DNA of 55,649 nucleotides from Acidimicrobiia bacterium (lineage in GTDB: Bacteria > Actinomycetota > Acidimicrobiia > Spongiisociales > ZC4RG35), in contig JBBDQO010000018.1 in assembly GCA_040905925.1 (NCBI GenBank), positions 1 to 55,649 of the forward strand, written 5' to 3'. Every line of letters starts with the position of its first letter. The stretch's first letter is position 1. A program made the translations under genes and the position numbers. Positions 1-8,817 of this stretch are shown one piece after another. The notes under the pieces were generated by a model, which saw only the letters and a list, made by a program, of their open reading frames with translations, did not search any database and was not told where the DNA came from.

Positions 1-3000
1 GGGCTCGAAGGTCTGGAAGGTGAAGGTGTCGACGAACTCCTCCAACGGCACCCCGTATTGGAGACCCTTGGACACGGCGATGGCGAAACAGGAGAGGATC
101 CCTTTCAGGGTCGCCCCTTCCTTGGCGAGATCGATGAAGATCTCGCCAAGGGTGTGGTCTTCATACTCCCCGGTGCGGAGGAACACCTTGTGCCCGCCGA
201 TCCTCGCCTCCTGGTTGTACCCATTGCGCCGGGCTGGGAGCAGGAATCGGGGTGGCTTCATTCCCTGTTTGTAGGCCTCGGTTGGGGAGATACCCGGAGG
301 CAGGTTGCCCCAGTGGATCGCCTTCTCCGCTTCGACCGCCGCGGTGAGTGCCGGTGCCTCGTCCTCATCGGAGGTCGAGTTGAGCGGCTGTGCCGCCTTG
401 GAGCCATCCCGATAGATGGCCATCGCCTTGAGACCGAGTTCCCATGACATCCGGTAGGCCTCTTCGATGTCCTCGACCGTGATCTCGTTGGGCATGTTGA
501 TCGTGTTGTGGTTCACGATCCCATTGCCGACGAAAGCGTGGGTGGCGGGAACAGAGAGGTCGTAGACCTCGCGTGCCCCGGCATCGGCAACTTCCACGAC
601 CGGGCTGAAGTGCAGGTCATCGGAAAGGATCTCGAGCAGCCATTCAGGAAGCTCCGCTCCAGGAACCACTGCCACTCTTTCCAGGGTGCGCCGGCTGACG
701 CGATCGGTGCGAGGATCGTTCAGGAATGCGAACCGGAGCCGTTCGCTCCGACCGCCCTCGTCCAGCCTGTCCAGCGGCATCATCCGGTACAGCTCGGGTC
801 CGGTGATGCCGGGCACGACATCGCCCGTCGACTGAGAGAAGTCTCTCCGCAGGAGCTCAGTGGCACGGGCAGACTTGTCTGACTCGGCAAAAGGCACCAC
901 CCGAGCCAGTCGCTGCGCTTCGACACCGGCTGCGTACACCTCGTGATAGGTGGTGCCGTTGTCCTTGTTCAGCTTGGCCGTCCGCCCGTGAACGATGCCG
1001 AGATTGGTCAGAACTGCCTGCAAGTCGTCCATGAGGCCGACCGATGCCACGCAGATCGCCATCTTCGGGCTGCTCGACAGCGAGATATACCCATCGAGGA
1101 AGAGACCCGACAGGAACTCGAGAACCATGCTGCGAGGGGATCGCAGCATGGCGTCGGGGATCTTCTTCTCGAAGGCGTTGTGGCCCACTCCGAGGTGGTC
1201 CAGGAACTCGACTATCGACTTGGAAGCGACCTGAACGCTCGGGCATTGCCCGGCGTAGCGCCGGATCGGAGCAGCGACGCCGAACACGCGCTTCCACGTG
1301 TCTGAGACTCGCTGGAGCACACCCTCGTCTGCGTTGGTCACATGCACGGTCCAGTTGGATGGAGTGATATGACCCTCGGCGACGATGGCGCCGAGTAGGA
1401 ACGCCAGATCCTCTGTCATCTCGGCGGGTAGAGACACCGCCTTCTGACCGCCGTATGCCGGAGATGGCACGAAGTCGTCGAAGCGGGCCGGGAGGACCGA
1501 CCACATGTCGGCTCCGTACCGGGTGGCCACGTATTCGCCCGGCTTGATGTCCTCGAGGGTCCGCCACTCGAGCCCGCCGTCGACGGCGACCAGGAGCCGG
1601 TGATTCGGGGTTCCGGTTACCTCATGACCGGAGCGGAGAACCACCCGGCGGACCGGTCGCACGCCGCCGTAGTAGAAGGCGTCGGTCTTGCGGGTCCCGT
1701 TTCGGGAGGCCACCTCCATGACCTCGTCACGGAACGAGTCCGGCGCCTCGTCACGATGGAGGGAGGCGATACGGACCAGGCCGTCCTCCGTGGTGAGCAA
1801 TGTCTCTCCGGTGACGCACTTGGAGATCGCACCCGAGATGAACGGCTGGGCTGCCGCCATCATCTTGATGTGCCCATAGTGATGGATGAACCGGGTCCCG
1901 TACTTGCCGTTCTTGTTGGCGGTGTCGAAGACGACGAGATGCTCGTCCCTGATGTGAGGAGCGCCTTCGATGGTCTGACGGCCACAGATGTGGTTGTTGG
2001 CTTCGTTGATCTCGGACTGGGTGAACCCGAGCGCCTTGAGCAAGTTGAACTCCCAGCCCGTGTACTCATCGACGCCGAACCCGAGCCGCTGGAGGGTGGC
2101 TTCCCCGAAGGTGAACACATTGAACGCCTGTCTCAGTTCGAACACCGAGAGCAGAGCCTTCTCCAACTTGTCCAGGTCTTCGTCGTCGAAGCCCTTGGCG
2201 GCCAAGGTCTCCCGGTTGATATGAGGGGCGCCGTCCAACGAGCTCGTCCCCACGATGTACTCGACCACATCCTTGATCTGGGCGGCGTCGTAACCGAGAT
2301 GGGCCAGAGCGGGGGTAACCGACTGGTTGACGATCTTGAAGTAACCACCGCCGGCCAGCTTCTTGAACTTGACCAACGAGAAGTCGGGCTCGATGCCGGT
2401 CGTATCCGAGTCGAGGAGGAGCCCAATTGTGCCGGTAGGCGCGATCACACTTGACTGTGCGTTCCTGAAGCCATGTAGCTCGCCCCGTTCGAGCGCCAGA
2501 TCCCACGAAGCGTGGGCGGCTTCGAGCATGTCAGGCGGACACAAGGACGGATCGATTGCCATCACCTTGGTTGTCACACCCTCGTAGTCGTCGTGGCCAT
2601 AAGCGGCCCGCCGGTGGTTGCGGATCACCCGCAGCATCGACTCCCGGTTCTCGCTGAACTTGGGGAAGGGCCCGGTGACCTCAGCGATCTCAGCCGAAGT
2701 GGCGTAGGAGAACCCGGTGAGAATGGCGGTCATCGCCCCCGCGATGGCCCGGCCCTGATCGGAGTCATAAGCGATGCCCTGTCTCATCAACAGCGATCCA
2801 AGATTGGCGTAGCCCAGACCCAGGGTCCGATAGTCGTAAGAGCCCTGTGCGATCTCCCTGGATGGGAAGTGGGCCATGGCCACCGAGATCTCGAGCACGA
2901 TGGTCCAGAGCCGGATGGCGTGTTGGTATGCCTCAATGTCGAAGACACCCGTGTCGTCGTCATAGAACTGGACCAGGTTGATCGAGGCCAGGTTGCAAGC

Positions 3001-4218
3001 GGTGTCATCGAGGAAGACGTACTCGCTACAAGGGTTAGATGCCCGGATACGACCCCCGGCCGGGCTGGTGTGCCACTCGTTGATGGTGGTGTCGAACTGG
3101 AGTCCAGGATCGGCGCAGGCCCAGGCAGCCTCGGCGATCCGGTTCCATAGGTCCCGGGCCTTGACCGTCTTGCGGACGCTGCCGTCGGTGCGGTTGTACA
3201 AGTTCCAGTCGCCGTCATCGAGGACGGTTTGGATGAACTCGTTGGTGACACGAACCGAGTTGTTGGAGTTCTGGCCTGAAACGGTGGCATAGGCGTCGCC
3301 GTTGAAGTCGGCGGGGAGTCCACCGTGGTTGATCAGGACGCGTGCCTTGTCCTCCTCGACCTTCTTCCAGTCGATGAACTTCTCGATGTCGGGATGGTCG
3401 ACGTCGAGGATGACCATCTTGGCGGCGCGACGGGTTGTTCCTCCACTCTTGATCGCGCCCGCGGCCCGGTCACCGATTTTGAGGAAGGACATGACCCCGG
3501 AGGACTTGCCGCCGCCGGAGAGCCGCTCGTTCTCGCCTCGGATCATCGAGAAGTTGGAGCCGGCCCCAGAGCCGAACTTGAAGATGCGAGCTTCGCGGAC
3601 CCAGAGATCCATGATCCCACCCGGGTTCACCAGGTCGTCCTTCACGCTGAGTATGAAACAAGCGTGGGGTGAGGGACGGCTGTAGGAGTCGGGGGAGGCC
3701 TTCATCTCCCCGTCGGCACCGTCGACGTACCAGAAGCCCTGGGCGGGCCCGGTCAATCCGTAGGCCCAGTTGAGCCCGGTGTTGAACCACTGTGGGGAGT
3801 TGGGGGCAGCCATTTGGTTGGCGAGCATGTAGCGGAGCTCGTCCTCGAAGGCGACGGCGTCCTCGGTGGTGGCGAAGTAACCCTCCTTCTCTCCCCAGTG
3901 ACGCCAGGTGCCGGCGAGACGGTTGAACACCTGCTTGGCCGAGCGCTCCGGGCCGATGACCGGCTGGCCGGCCTCGTCGAAGATCTGGTTCCCCTCATCG
4001 TCGAACTGGGGGACACCGGCCTTGCGGAAATACTTCGAGACCATGATGTCGGCGGCGACCTGTGACCACCCCGAGGGGATCTCGGCATCGGTCATCTCGA
4101 AGACGATCGAGCCGTCGGGGTTGGTGATCCGGGAGTCACGACGGGACCATTCGATCTTGTCGTAGGCGTCCTTGCCGGCCTCGGTGAAGCGCCGATCGAT
4201 CCGTAGGCCTTTACTCAT
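1..4218 (-). CDS. nrdJ: Class II (adenosylcobalamin-dependent) ribonucleotide reductase NrdJ. C-terminus lies beyond the window edge. Interrupted in-frame by an intein.
   Basis: Uninterrupted minus-strand frame from ATG 4218-4216 (GAGGAGG RBS at 4233-4227) to position 1. It has no stop, so it is absent from the ORF track. Translation reads MSKGLRIDRRFTEAGKDAYDKIEW...SNPCSEY...TGIEPDF...FISGAISK[intein]TINMPNE...AIYRDGSK. Confidence 0.93.
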   Translation of the reverse strand, partial: MSKGLRIDRRFTEAGKDAYDKIEWSRRDSRITNPDGSIVFEMTDAEIPSGWSQVAADIMVSKYFRKAGVPQFDDEGNQIFDEAGQPVIGPERSAKQVFNRLAGTWRHWGEKEGYFATTEDAVAFEDELRYMLANQMAAPNSPQWFNTGLNWAYGLTGPAQGFWYVDGADGEMKASPDSYSRPSPHACFILSVKDDLVNPGGIMDLWVREARIFKFGSGAGSNFSMIRGENERLSGGGKSSGVMSFLKIGDRAAGAIKSGGTTRRAAKMVILDVDHPDIEKFIDWKKVEEDKARVLINHGGLPADFNGDAYATVSGQNSNNSVRVTNEFIQTVLDDGDWNLYNRTDGSVRKTVKARDLWNRIAEAAWACADPGLQFDTTINEWHTSPAGGRIRASNPCSEYVFLDDTACNLASINLVQFYDDDTGVFDIEAYQHAIRLWTIVLEISVAMAHFPSREIAQGSYDYRTLGLGYANLGSLLMRQGIAYDSDQGRAIAGAMTAILTGFSYATSAEIAEVTGPFPKFSENRESMLRVIRNHRRAAYGHDDYEGVTTKVMAIDPSLCPPDMLEAAHASWDLALERGELHGFRNAQSSVIAPTGTIGLLLDSDTTGIEPDFSLVKFKKLAGGGYFKIVNQSVTPALAHLGYDAAQIKDVVEYIVGTSSLDGAPHINRETLAAKGFDDEDLDKLEKALLSVFELRQAFNVFTFGEATLQRLGFGVDEYTGWEFNLLKALGFTQSEINEANNHICGRQTIEGAPHIRDEHLVVFDTANKNGKYGTRFIHHYGHIKMMAAAQPFISGAISKCVTGETLLTTEDGLVRIASLHRDEAPDSFRDEVMEVASRNGTRKTDAFYYGGVRPVRRVVLRSGHEVTGTPNHRLLVAVDGGLEWRTLEDIKPGEYVATRYGADMWSVLPARFDDFVPSPAYGGQKAVSLPAEMTEDLAFLLGAIVAEGHITPSNWTVHVTNADEGVLQRVSDTWKRVFGVAAPIRRYAGQCPSVQVASKSIVEFLDHLGVGHNAFEKKIPDAMLRSPRSMVLEFLSGLFLDGYISLSSSPKMAICVASVGLMDDLQAVLTNLGIVHGRTAKLNKDNGTTYHEVYAAGVEAQRLARVVPFAESDKSARATELLRRDFSQSTGDVVPGITGPELYRMMPLDRLDEGGRSERLRFAFLNDPRTDRVSRRTLERVAVVPGAELPEWLLEILSDDLHFSPVVEVADAGAREVYDLSVPATHAFVGNGIVNHNTINMPNEITVEDIEEAYRMSWELGLKAMAIYRDGSKAAQPLNSTSDEDEAPALTAAVEAEKAIHWGNLPPGISPTEAYKQGMKPPRFLLPARRNGYNQEARIGGHKVFLRTGEYEDHTLGEIFIDLAKEGATLKGILSCFAIAVSKGLQYGVPLEEFVDTFTFQTFEP
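505..1818 (-). mobile_element. Intein (438 codons) with a LAGLIDADG-type homing endonuclease domain, inserted in nrdJ
   Basis: Host motif ...GAISK is followed by CVTGETLLTTEDG (Cys1). Also present are GTPNHRLL (block B), two LAGLIDADG-like motifs LAFLLGAIVAEGHI and LEFLSGLFLDGYI, and VYDLSVPATHAFVGNGIVNHN followed by Thr+1 (TINMPNE). Confidence 0.9.
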
Positions 4219-4289
4219 GAATAGTGCCTCCTCGCACTTTTTCGTCCTCCCTCAATGGGACGAGGACGAGGTCCATAAATCAGCTCCTA

Positions 4290-4336
4290 CCACAAGATGT
4301 AGTGGTGTGATGGGAAGTGACCACGACATCTGGTAT
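4290..4336. promoter_or_regulatory. Tandem NrdR boxes (operator of nrdJ)
   Basis: CCACAAGATGTAGTGG (4290-4305) and CCACGACATCTGGTAT (4321-4336) both fit the NrdR-box pattern nnaCwAnATnTwGnnn. They start 31 bp apart and lie just downstream of the predicted -10. Confidence 0.7.
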
Positions 4337-4346
4337 GGACTTCATC

Positions 4347-4375
4347 ACTGTAATTACATCCGTGTCATGGGTCAA
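4347..4375 (-). promoter_or_regulatory. SigA-type promoter of nrdJ
   Basis: The minus strand reads TTGACC (4375-4370), a 17-nt spacer, then TACAGT (4352-4347). This sits about 130 nt upstream of the nrdJ ATG. Confidence 0.55.
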
Positions 4376-4628
4376 GCTTTGTTTTTCCACAACCCGGAAA
4401 CGCCTCCTTGAGCGCGAAAATCAACACTCTGATGGGGAAGTGAACGCCACGATCAGCGCTCAGGGGAAGTGGTGGGCACCCTAGATCCGAGGCTGTGCCG
4501 GGGTCCAGTTCCCTGGGTGGAGAGTTTTCGCGAGCGGTCCATGCCGGCGATTCTCAGAGAACCCACATCATTCGCGAGGCTCGCTCCGGCCAGAATCACC
4601 GGGATGCCCACCGTCCTCGTTGTCGACG

Positions 4629-4898
4629 ATGACCGATCGAATCGTTGCGCTCCCTTTGATCCTGCTCCTTGCGGCCTACGCCCGGGTAGGTGGGGTGTCC
4701 GACACCCCGCCCGCCCCAACCGAGACTGCAACGACTGTCGCCTCAACGACGCCCGACGTGACCGAGACCTCGGTTGTGACCTCGACCACTCTCGAGGAGG
4801 GCGCGATCACCGAGGCCGAGGTGGCCGAACTGGAAGCTCTGCTCGACGAAGTCGACGACACCGAGAGCTTGATCGAGGAGCCGTTGCCTGAGGCTTAG
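4629..4898 (+). CDS. Small hypothetical secreted acidic Thr/Glu-rich protein
   Basis: ATG at 4629 (alternative TTG at 4620). There is a hydrophobic N-terminus IVALPLILLLAAYA and high third-position GC. Its 3' end overlaps the dps stop by 4 nt, convergently. Confidence 0.4.
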   Translation: MTDRIVALPLILLLAAYARVGGVSDTPPAPTETATTVASTTPDVTETSVVTSTTLEEGAITEAEVAELEALLDEVDDTESLIEEPLPEA

Positions 4899-5386
4899 GC
4901 CTTGGACTGGACGTGTGCTTCCAGGAACCAGAGGTCCTTGTCAATCTGGCGGGACACTTCGGTGAACAGATCGTTGGTGCTGGTGTCGCCCAGGTCGTCC
5001 GACTCCTCCATGGCGCGCCGGGTGCTGGCCGCGTACTGGGCGATCCGGTCGGCGACCGCCTTGACCGCCTCCATCCCCTCCACCGCCGAGGTCGGGTACT
5101 CAGGGAGTGTCGAGGCTGACGCCGCCTGTCGCACCGTCCCGGTGGCGGTGCCTCCGAGTGTCGTGGCGCGCTCCGCGATCAGGTCCGTGAACTCGAGCAC
5201 GTGGGTCGCGATGTCGTCGAACAGCAGATGGAGCTGGATGAAGTCGGATCCCTTGACGTTCCAATGGGCGTATTTGACCTGGGTGAACAGATCTGTGGTG
5301 TCTGCGAGCTGGCGGTTCAACAGATCCACCAGCTTCATACGAGCACCTTCTGGAATGTCGATGCGGGTCTCGTGGAGTTCGGTCAT
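4895..5386 (-). CDS. dps: Dps-family DNA-binding ferritin-like protein
   Basis: 163 aa. Motifs KYAHWNVKGSDFIQLHLLFDD...DLIAERATTLGG...DLFTEVSRQIDKDLWFLEAH are typical of Dps. Confidence 0.9.
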   Translation of the reverse strand: MTELHETRIDIPEGARMKLVDLLNRQLADTTDLFTQVKYAHWNVKGSDFIQLHLLFDDIATHVLEFTDLIAERATTLGGTATGTVRQAASASTLPEYPTSAVEGMEAVKAVADRIAQYAASTRRAMEESDDLGDTSTNDLFTEVSRQIDKDLWFLEAHVQSKA

Positions 5387-5477
5387 GATGTCATCTCCCG
5401 TTCGCTAGGGGTCTCCCTCGAGGGTAGCTCGCGGTGGATCTTGGGTTTGTGTCGCGGCCGTACGATCGGTCGTCTCG

Positions 5478-5978
5478 TTGCTTTTAGCGGGTGAATGGTC
5501 GTCAGAGCAGATGTTGACCGATAGAGCCATCGGCGGTGCATTCGAGATCTTCTTCAAGGAGATCGAACCCCGTCTCCGTGAGGCGCTTTCCGCCTCCTTG
5601 GGGAGCGACCGGGGCCGGGAAGCCGCGGCCGACGCCCTCGCCTTTGCGTGGGAGCACTGGGACCGGATTCGGGAGATGGACAATCCGACGGGGTATCTCT
5701 ACGTCCTCGGTCGTGATCGGGGTCGGAAAGCTGCCCGACGTCGGGTGGTCACCCTCCTCCCCGTTGACCCGCAGAGGATGCCATGGGTCGAGCCCGGTTT
5801 GGTCGGCGCCCTGGAGCAACTCCCCGAGCGGCAACGGACCGTGGTGGTGTTGCTCTATTGCTTCGAGTGGACGATGGGTGAGACCGCCGCGCTCTTGGGC
5901 CTTTCCAAGTCAACCGTTCAGAGTTACGCCGAGCGCGGGCTTTCCAAGTTGCGAAACCGATTGGGAGTGGAGACATGA
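5478..5978 (+). CDS. ECF-type sigma-70 family RNA polymerase sigma factor
   Basis: Region 2-like AFAWEHWDRIREMDNPTGYLYVLGR and region 4 HTH ERQRTVVVLLYCFEWTMGETAALLGLSKSTVQSYAERGLSKLR. The start is uncertain (TTG 5478 or ATG 5511). Confidence 0.85.
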   Translation: MLLAGEWSSEQMLTDRAIGGAFEIFFKEIEPRLREALSASLGSDRGREAAADALAFAWEHWDRIREMDNPTGYLYVLGRDRGRKAARRRVVTLLPVDPQRMPWVEPGLVGALEQLPERQRTVVVLLYCFEWTMGETAALLGLSKSTVQSYAERGLSKLRNRLGVET

Positions 5979-7291
5979 GCACAGACCTGTTGACCCAACT
6001 CGCTGAGTACGGGCAGTACCACCGGGAGGCCCAGGATCCGATCCCGCCCACGGAGGCGGCACAAGGTGCGGTGACTCCGGTTCCGATGCCTTCGCCTCCT
6101 CGCTACGGGCTGCGACGTCTCGGTGCGGTGTTGATCGCGGCGACGTTGGTCATCCTCGTCATAGCGATCCCGGCTCTGCTCCGGGGTCCGGAAACCGAAG
6201 GTCCGGCCGACTCGGTGGTGGAGACCACACCCCTCGAGGAACCCAGCGCCCCCGTCACCACGGTTGCGCTCATCGAGAGTCCCGATGGCGACGGTTACAC
6301 GACGGTCCACACCCTCAACGACGGCTCCAGGGTGGCTCTCGTCCAAATGAACCTGTGGCGATCCGTGGACGACGGGGAGTCCTGGGAGGAGTGGTACGCC
6401 CTGGATCACGAGATCGATTTGTTCACCGTGGCTCCCGATGGGGCGGTCCTCGCCGTGCGTAGCCCCAACGACCCGATCGAAACTCCTGATTCCGGTTCCA
6501 TGGTCAACGGCACCTCCGAGGTCCATCGCTACGACTCGGCGACCGAAACCTGGAGTGTCATCAACCTGCCCCGACCGGAGCTACCTGACCCTGAGTTGGC
6601 GCCCGCCCCTGCCGACGGGAGTTGCGAGATCACCGGACTCCAGAGCTGGGTCGAAGGCATCGCCATTGTGGTCGGGGAGCAGATCGTGATCCTCGGCGAT
6701 CATCGGGTCGTCGCAGACGGGATCTGTGATCAGGACTTTCAGTTCCTTTGGACCTCCTCGGACGGGATCAATTGGAATCTGGTACCCGAGCTCGGCATCG
6801 ACGGGTATCTGCACGGGATCATATGGGCTGGAGACGGGTACGTCGGCTACGGCTCATCGGTGCCCTCCTATGTCGGCCCCCCAACTCCAGAGCCTCGGGT
6901 CTGGACCGCGACGGACCTGACCTCTTGGAGCGAGCCGACGATCGATCTGACGGCTCTGCCCGAAGACGGAATCGTCAACCCCTGGCTACGAGTCGAGACC
7001 ACGGCTCGCGGTCTCACCTTGACCTATGACGTCGAGCGGTATCGACCCGGACTCGATTCGTCGATCACCGATCTGGCGGATTTGCAGCACTGGGTGATCG
7101 ATGCCGGCTGGACCGAAGGCGATGCCGACGAGTTGGGAGAGATGCTTGAAGGAATGGGTGTGATCTTTCCCCTGGATGAGGCGGAGATCCAGGAGTTGAC
7201 TGGGGGTCTCGACATGAGAGAGCCGATCGGCATTCTCACCCTGACCAGTTCCGACGGAACCGACTGGGAGGCGACCTACACCTCCGACTGA
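5975..7291 (+). CDS. Single-pass membrane protein with an extracytoplasmic Asp-box (BNR-like) repeat domain. Candidate anti-sigma or sensor partner.
   Basis: ATGA overlap with the sigma gene. One TM segment (LGAVLIAATLVILVIAIPALL). SxDxGxxW-like motifs: RSVDDGESW, TSSDGINW, TSSDGTDW. Confidence 0.7.
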   Translation: MSTDLLTQLAEYGQYHREAQDPIPPTEAAQGAVTPVPMPSPPRYGLRRLGAVLIAATLVILVIAIPALLRGPETEGPADSVVETTPLEEPSAPVTTVALIESPDGDGYTTVHTLNDGSRVALVQMNLWRSVDDGESWEEWYALDHEIDLFTVAPDGAVLAVRSPNDPIETPDSGSMVNGTSEVHRYDSATETWSVINLPRPELPDPELAPAPADGSCEITGLQSWVEGIAIVVGEQIVILGDHRVVADGICDQDFQFLWTSSDGINWNLVPELGIDGYLHGIIWAGDGYVGYGSSVPSYVGPPTPEPRVWTATDLTSWSEPTIDLTALPEDGIVNPWLRVETTARGLTLTYDVERYRPGLDSSITDLADLQHWVIDAGWTEGDADELGEMLEGMGVIFPLDEAEIQELTGGLDMREPIGILTLTSSDGTDWEATYTSD

Positions 7292-7331
7292 TCCCCCCAG
7301 TAGCGGATCATGAGAGATGCTTCGGGACCGC

Positions 7332-7370
7332 GGAAGACCCCGGCCCGCGGAACCGGGGTCTTCCGTTTGT
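7332..7370. terminator. Intrinsic terminator hairpin between convergent genes
   Basis: Perfect 12-bp stem GGAAGACCCCGG (7332-7343) / CCGGGGTCTTCC (7353-7364) with a 9-nt loop, followed by GTTTGTG. Confidence 0.7.
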
Positions 7371-7375
7371 GGGAC

Positions 7376-7567
7376 TCAGGTCTGTTCGCCGGCTCGCCCT
7401 AGCGAACCGATGACGACCGCGAGTCCGAGGACCACGAGGGCCAGTGGGCCAACAACAGTCAGGTCCGAGATCCGGAGCGTCCACACCTCGAGTGCCTCGA
7501 GGAGAAAGCCGATCCCGATTCCCAGGTAGATCACTCCTGCGAACAGTGTGCCTTTGTGAAGTCTCAT
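7376..7567 (-). CDS. Small two-TM membrane protein (LiaI/LiaF-TM-like)
   Basis: 63 aa with two hydrophobic helices. Its start has a 4-nt overlap with the upstream LiaF-like gene. Confidence 0.6.
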   Translation of the reverse strand: MRLHKGTLFAGVIYLGIGIGFLLEALEVWTLRISDLTVVGPLALVVLGLAVVIGSLGRAGEQT

Positions 7568-8214
7568 CTCTCCACCTTGATGTTTCCTGCCGCGACGTCG
7601 AGTTCGAGCGTCAGCGTCACTGTGGCGGAATCGAATCCGTCACTGGTGTAGGTATCGCTCACCGAAATCCCGTTGTCGATCTCTCCGAACAGATCGATCT
7701 GGCCGGCGCCTGCTGACGCATCGATGTCCACAGGGACACCGGGTGGCAACATGATCGTGAGATCACCTGCGCCGACTGTGGCTTCGATCTCTGCCGGCTC
7801 GGTCATGGTGAGGTCACTCAAGTCGAGCGTCAACTCGCCCAACCCCACGTTGTATTGGTCTGCCAGGTTGGCCTGGTTGGTGACTCGGATGTTCCGCTCA
7901 CCGATCCCTCCATTGAATGCGTCGGGGGGTATCGCTGCAACCGCAACGACTGCGAGTGTCACGAAGACCCCGGCAACGATCAGACCCGTGTGCGGGCCGT
8001 CGAAGGAGCCGATGATCAGGGCCAGGCCAATAACCGCAAGCACTACCGGCAGCACCATCGCCGCCCGCAGCTCGATCACGTCGATGACGTCGAGCAGCCA
8101 AAGCCCGCCGACGACGATCAGAAGTGCCCCGGTGACAATCGCTCCGTAGCGACCGCGCTTGGGCGGGGGGACCATGGTGGTCTCGGGTCTCTCGAGTGTG
8201 TCAGTTGTGCTCAC
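7564..8214 (-). CDS. LiaF-like (cell-wall-active antibiotic response) membrane protein
   Basis: N-terminal TM helices plus a C-terminal beta-rich repeat, GELTLDLSDL...GAGDLTIMLP...GAGQIDLFG...AAGNIKV, as in the LiaF/DUF2154 C-terminal domain. Confidence 0.65.
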   Translation of the reverse strand: MSTTDTLERPETTMVPPPKRGRYGAIVTGALLIVVGGLWLLDVIDVIELRAAMVLPVVLAVIGLALIIGSFDGPHTGLIVAGVFVTLAVVAVAAIPPDAFNGGIGERNIRVTNQANLADQYNVGLGELTLDLSDLTMTEPAEIEATVGAGDLTIMLPPGVPVDIDASAGAGQIDLFGEIDNGISVSDTYTSDGFDSATVTLTLELDVAAGNIKVER

Positions 8215-8635
8215 GACGACTCCCTAGATAGAGCATCCCGGCGCCGGCGGCGATGACGGCCACGGGCCACATCACTCTGTCGAACCAGGGCACCAGGGTG
8301 TTGACCAAAAACACCAGCCCAATGCCGATCAGGGCGACTCCGGCCACTATTGGCCCCTGCGCCCCGCTTTCGGCATTTCGCACCGCCAGGGTCTCTCCCG
8401 GGCGGGCTTCAGGGATGATGAGCCACGAGATCAGGTAGATCAGGATGCCGGCCCCACCCGCAACGGTGACGACCACAAATCCCAACCTGAACCACAACGG
8501 ATCCGTGTTGAAATACCGGCCCAACCCGCCACAGACACCGGCGATCACTCGATCCTCGGTGCTCCGGCGAAGCCGCGCCTGCGGCTGGCCGGCCTGGACG
8601 ACGGGTGGGCCCGTTTCGAGCTGCGTCATACGCAA
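8201..8635 (-). CDS. PspC domain-containing membrane protein
   Basis: VIAGVCGGLGRYFNTDPLWFRLGFVVVTVAGGAGILIYLISWLIIPE is a canonical PspC domain. Confidence 0.85.
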   Translation of the reverse strand: MRMTQLETGPPVVQAGQPQARLRRSTEDRVIAGVCGGLGRYFNTDPLWFRLGFVVVTVAGGAGILIYLISWLIIPEARPGETLAVRNAESGAQGPIVAGVALIGIGLVFLVNTLVPWFDRVMWPVAVIAAGAGMLYLGSRREHN

Positions 8636-8817
8636 CCTCCTTTGGCCTGAACATGCCCCGAATCTGGGTCGGGTGGCCAGAGCCGAAAGTCACCGATGGC
8701 CAGGATTAGGACGGAAAAGTCGATCGCCGCTCGCTTAGGGTCCCGCCCAGGACTGTCTTGCGCCTCTATTCGCAATAGCCGTCCGGTGTTCCAATGAAAT
8801 GGGAAATAGGAGGTGAT

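Noticed and set aside
20-4165. Many 60-284 aa ORFs in the track on both strands (for example 857..1567 -, 1600..2454 +, 2512..3150 +, 2787..3323 -)
   Set aside because: All lie inside, or antisense to, the single open nrdJ frame (1..4218, minus). That frame has clear RNR and intein motifs. These are high-GC shadow ORFs.
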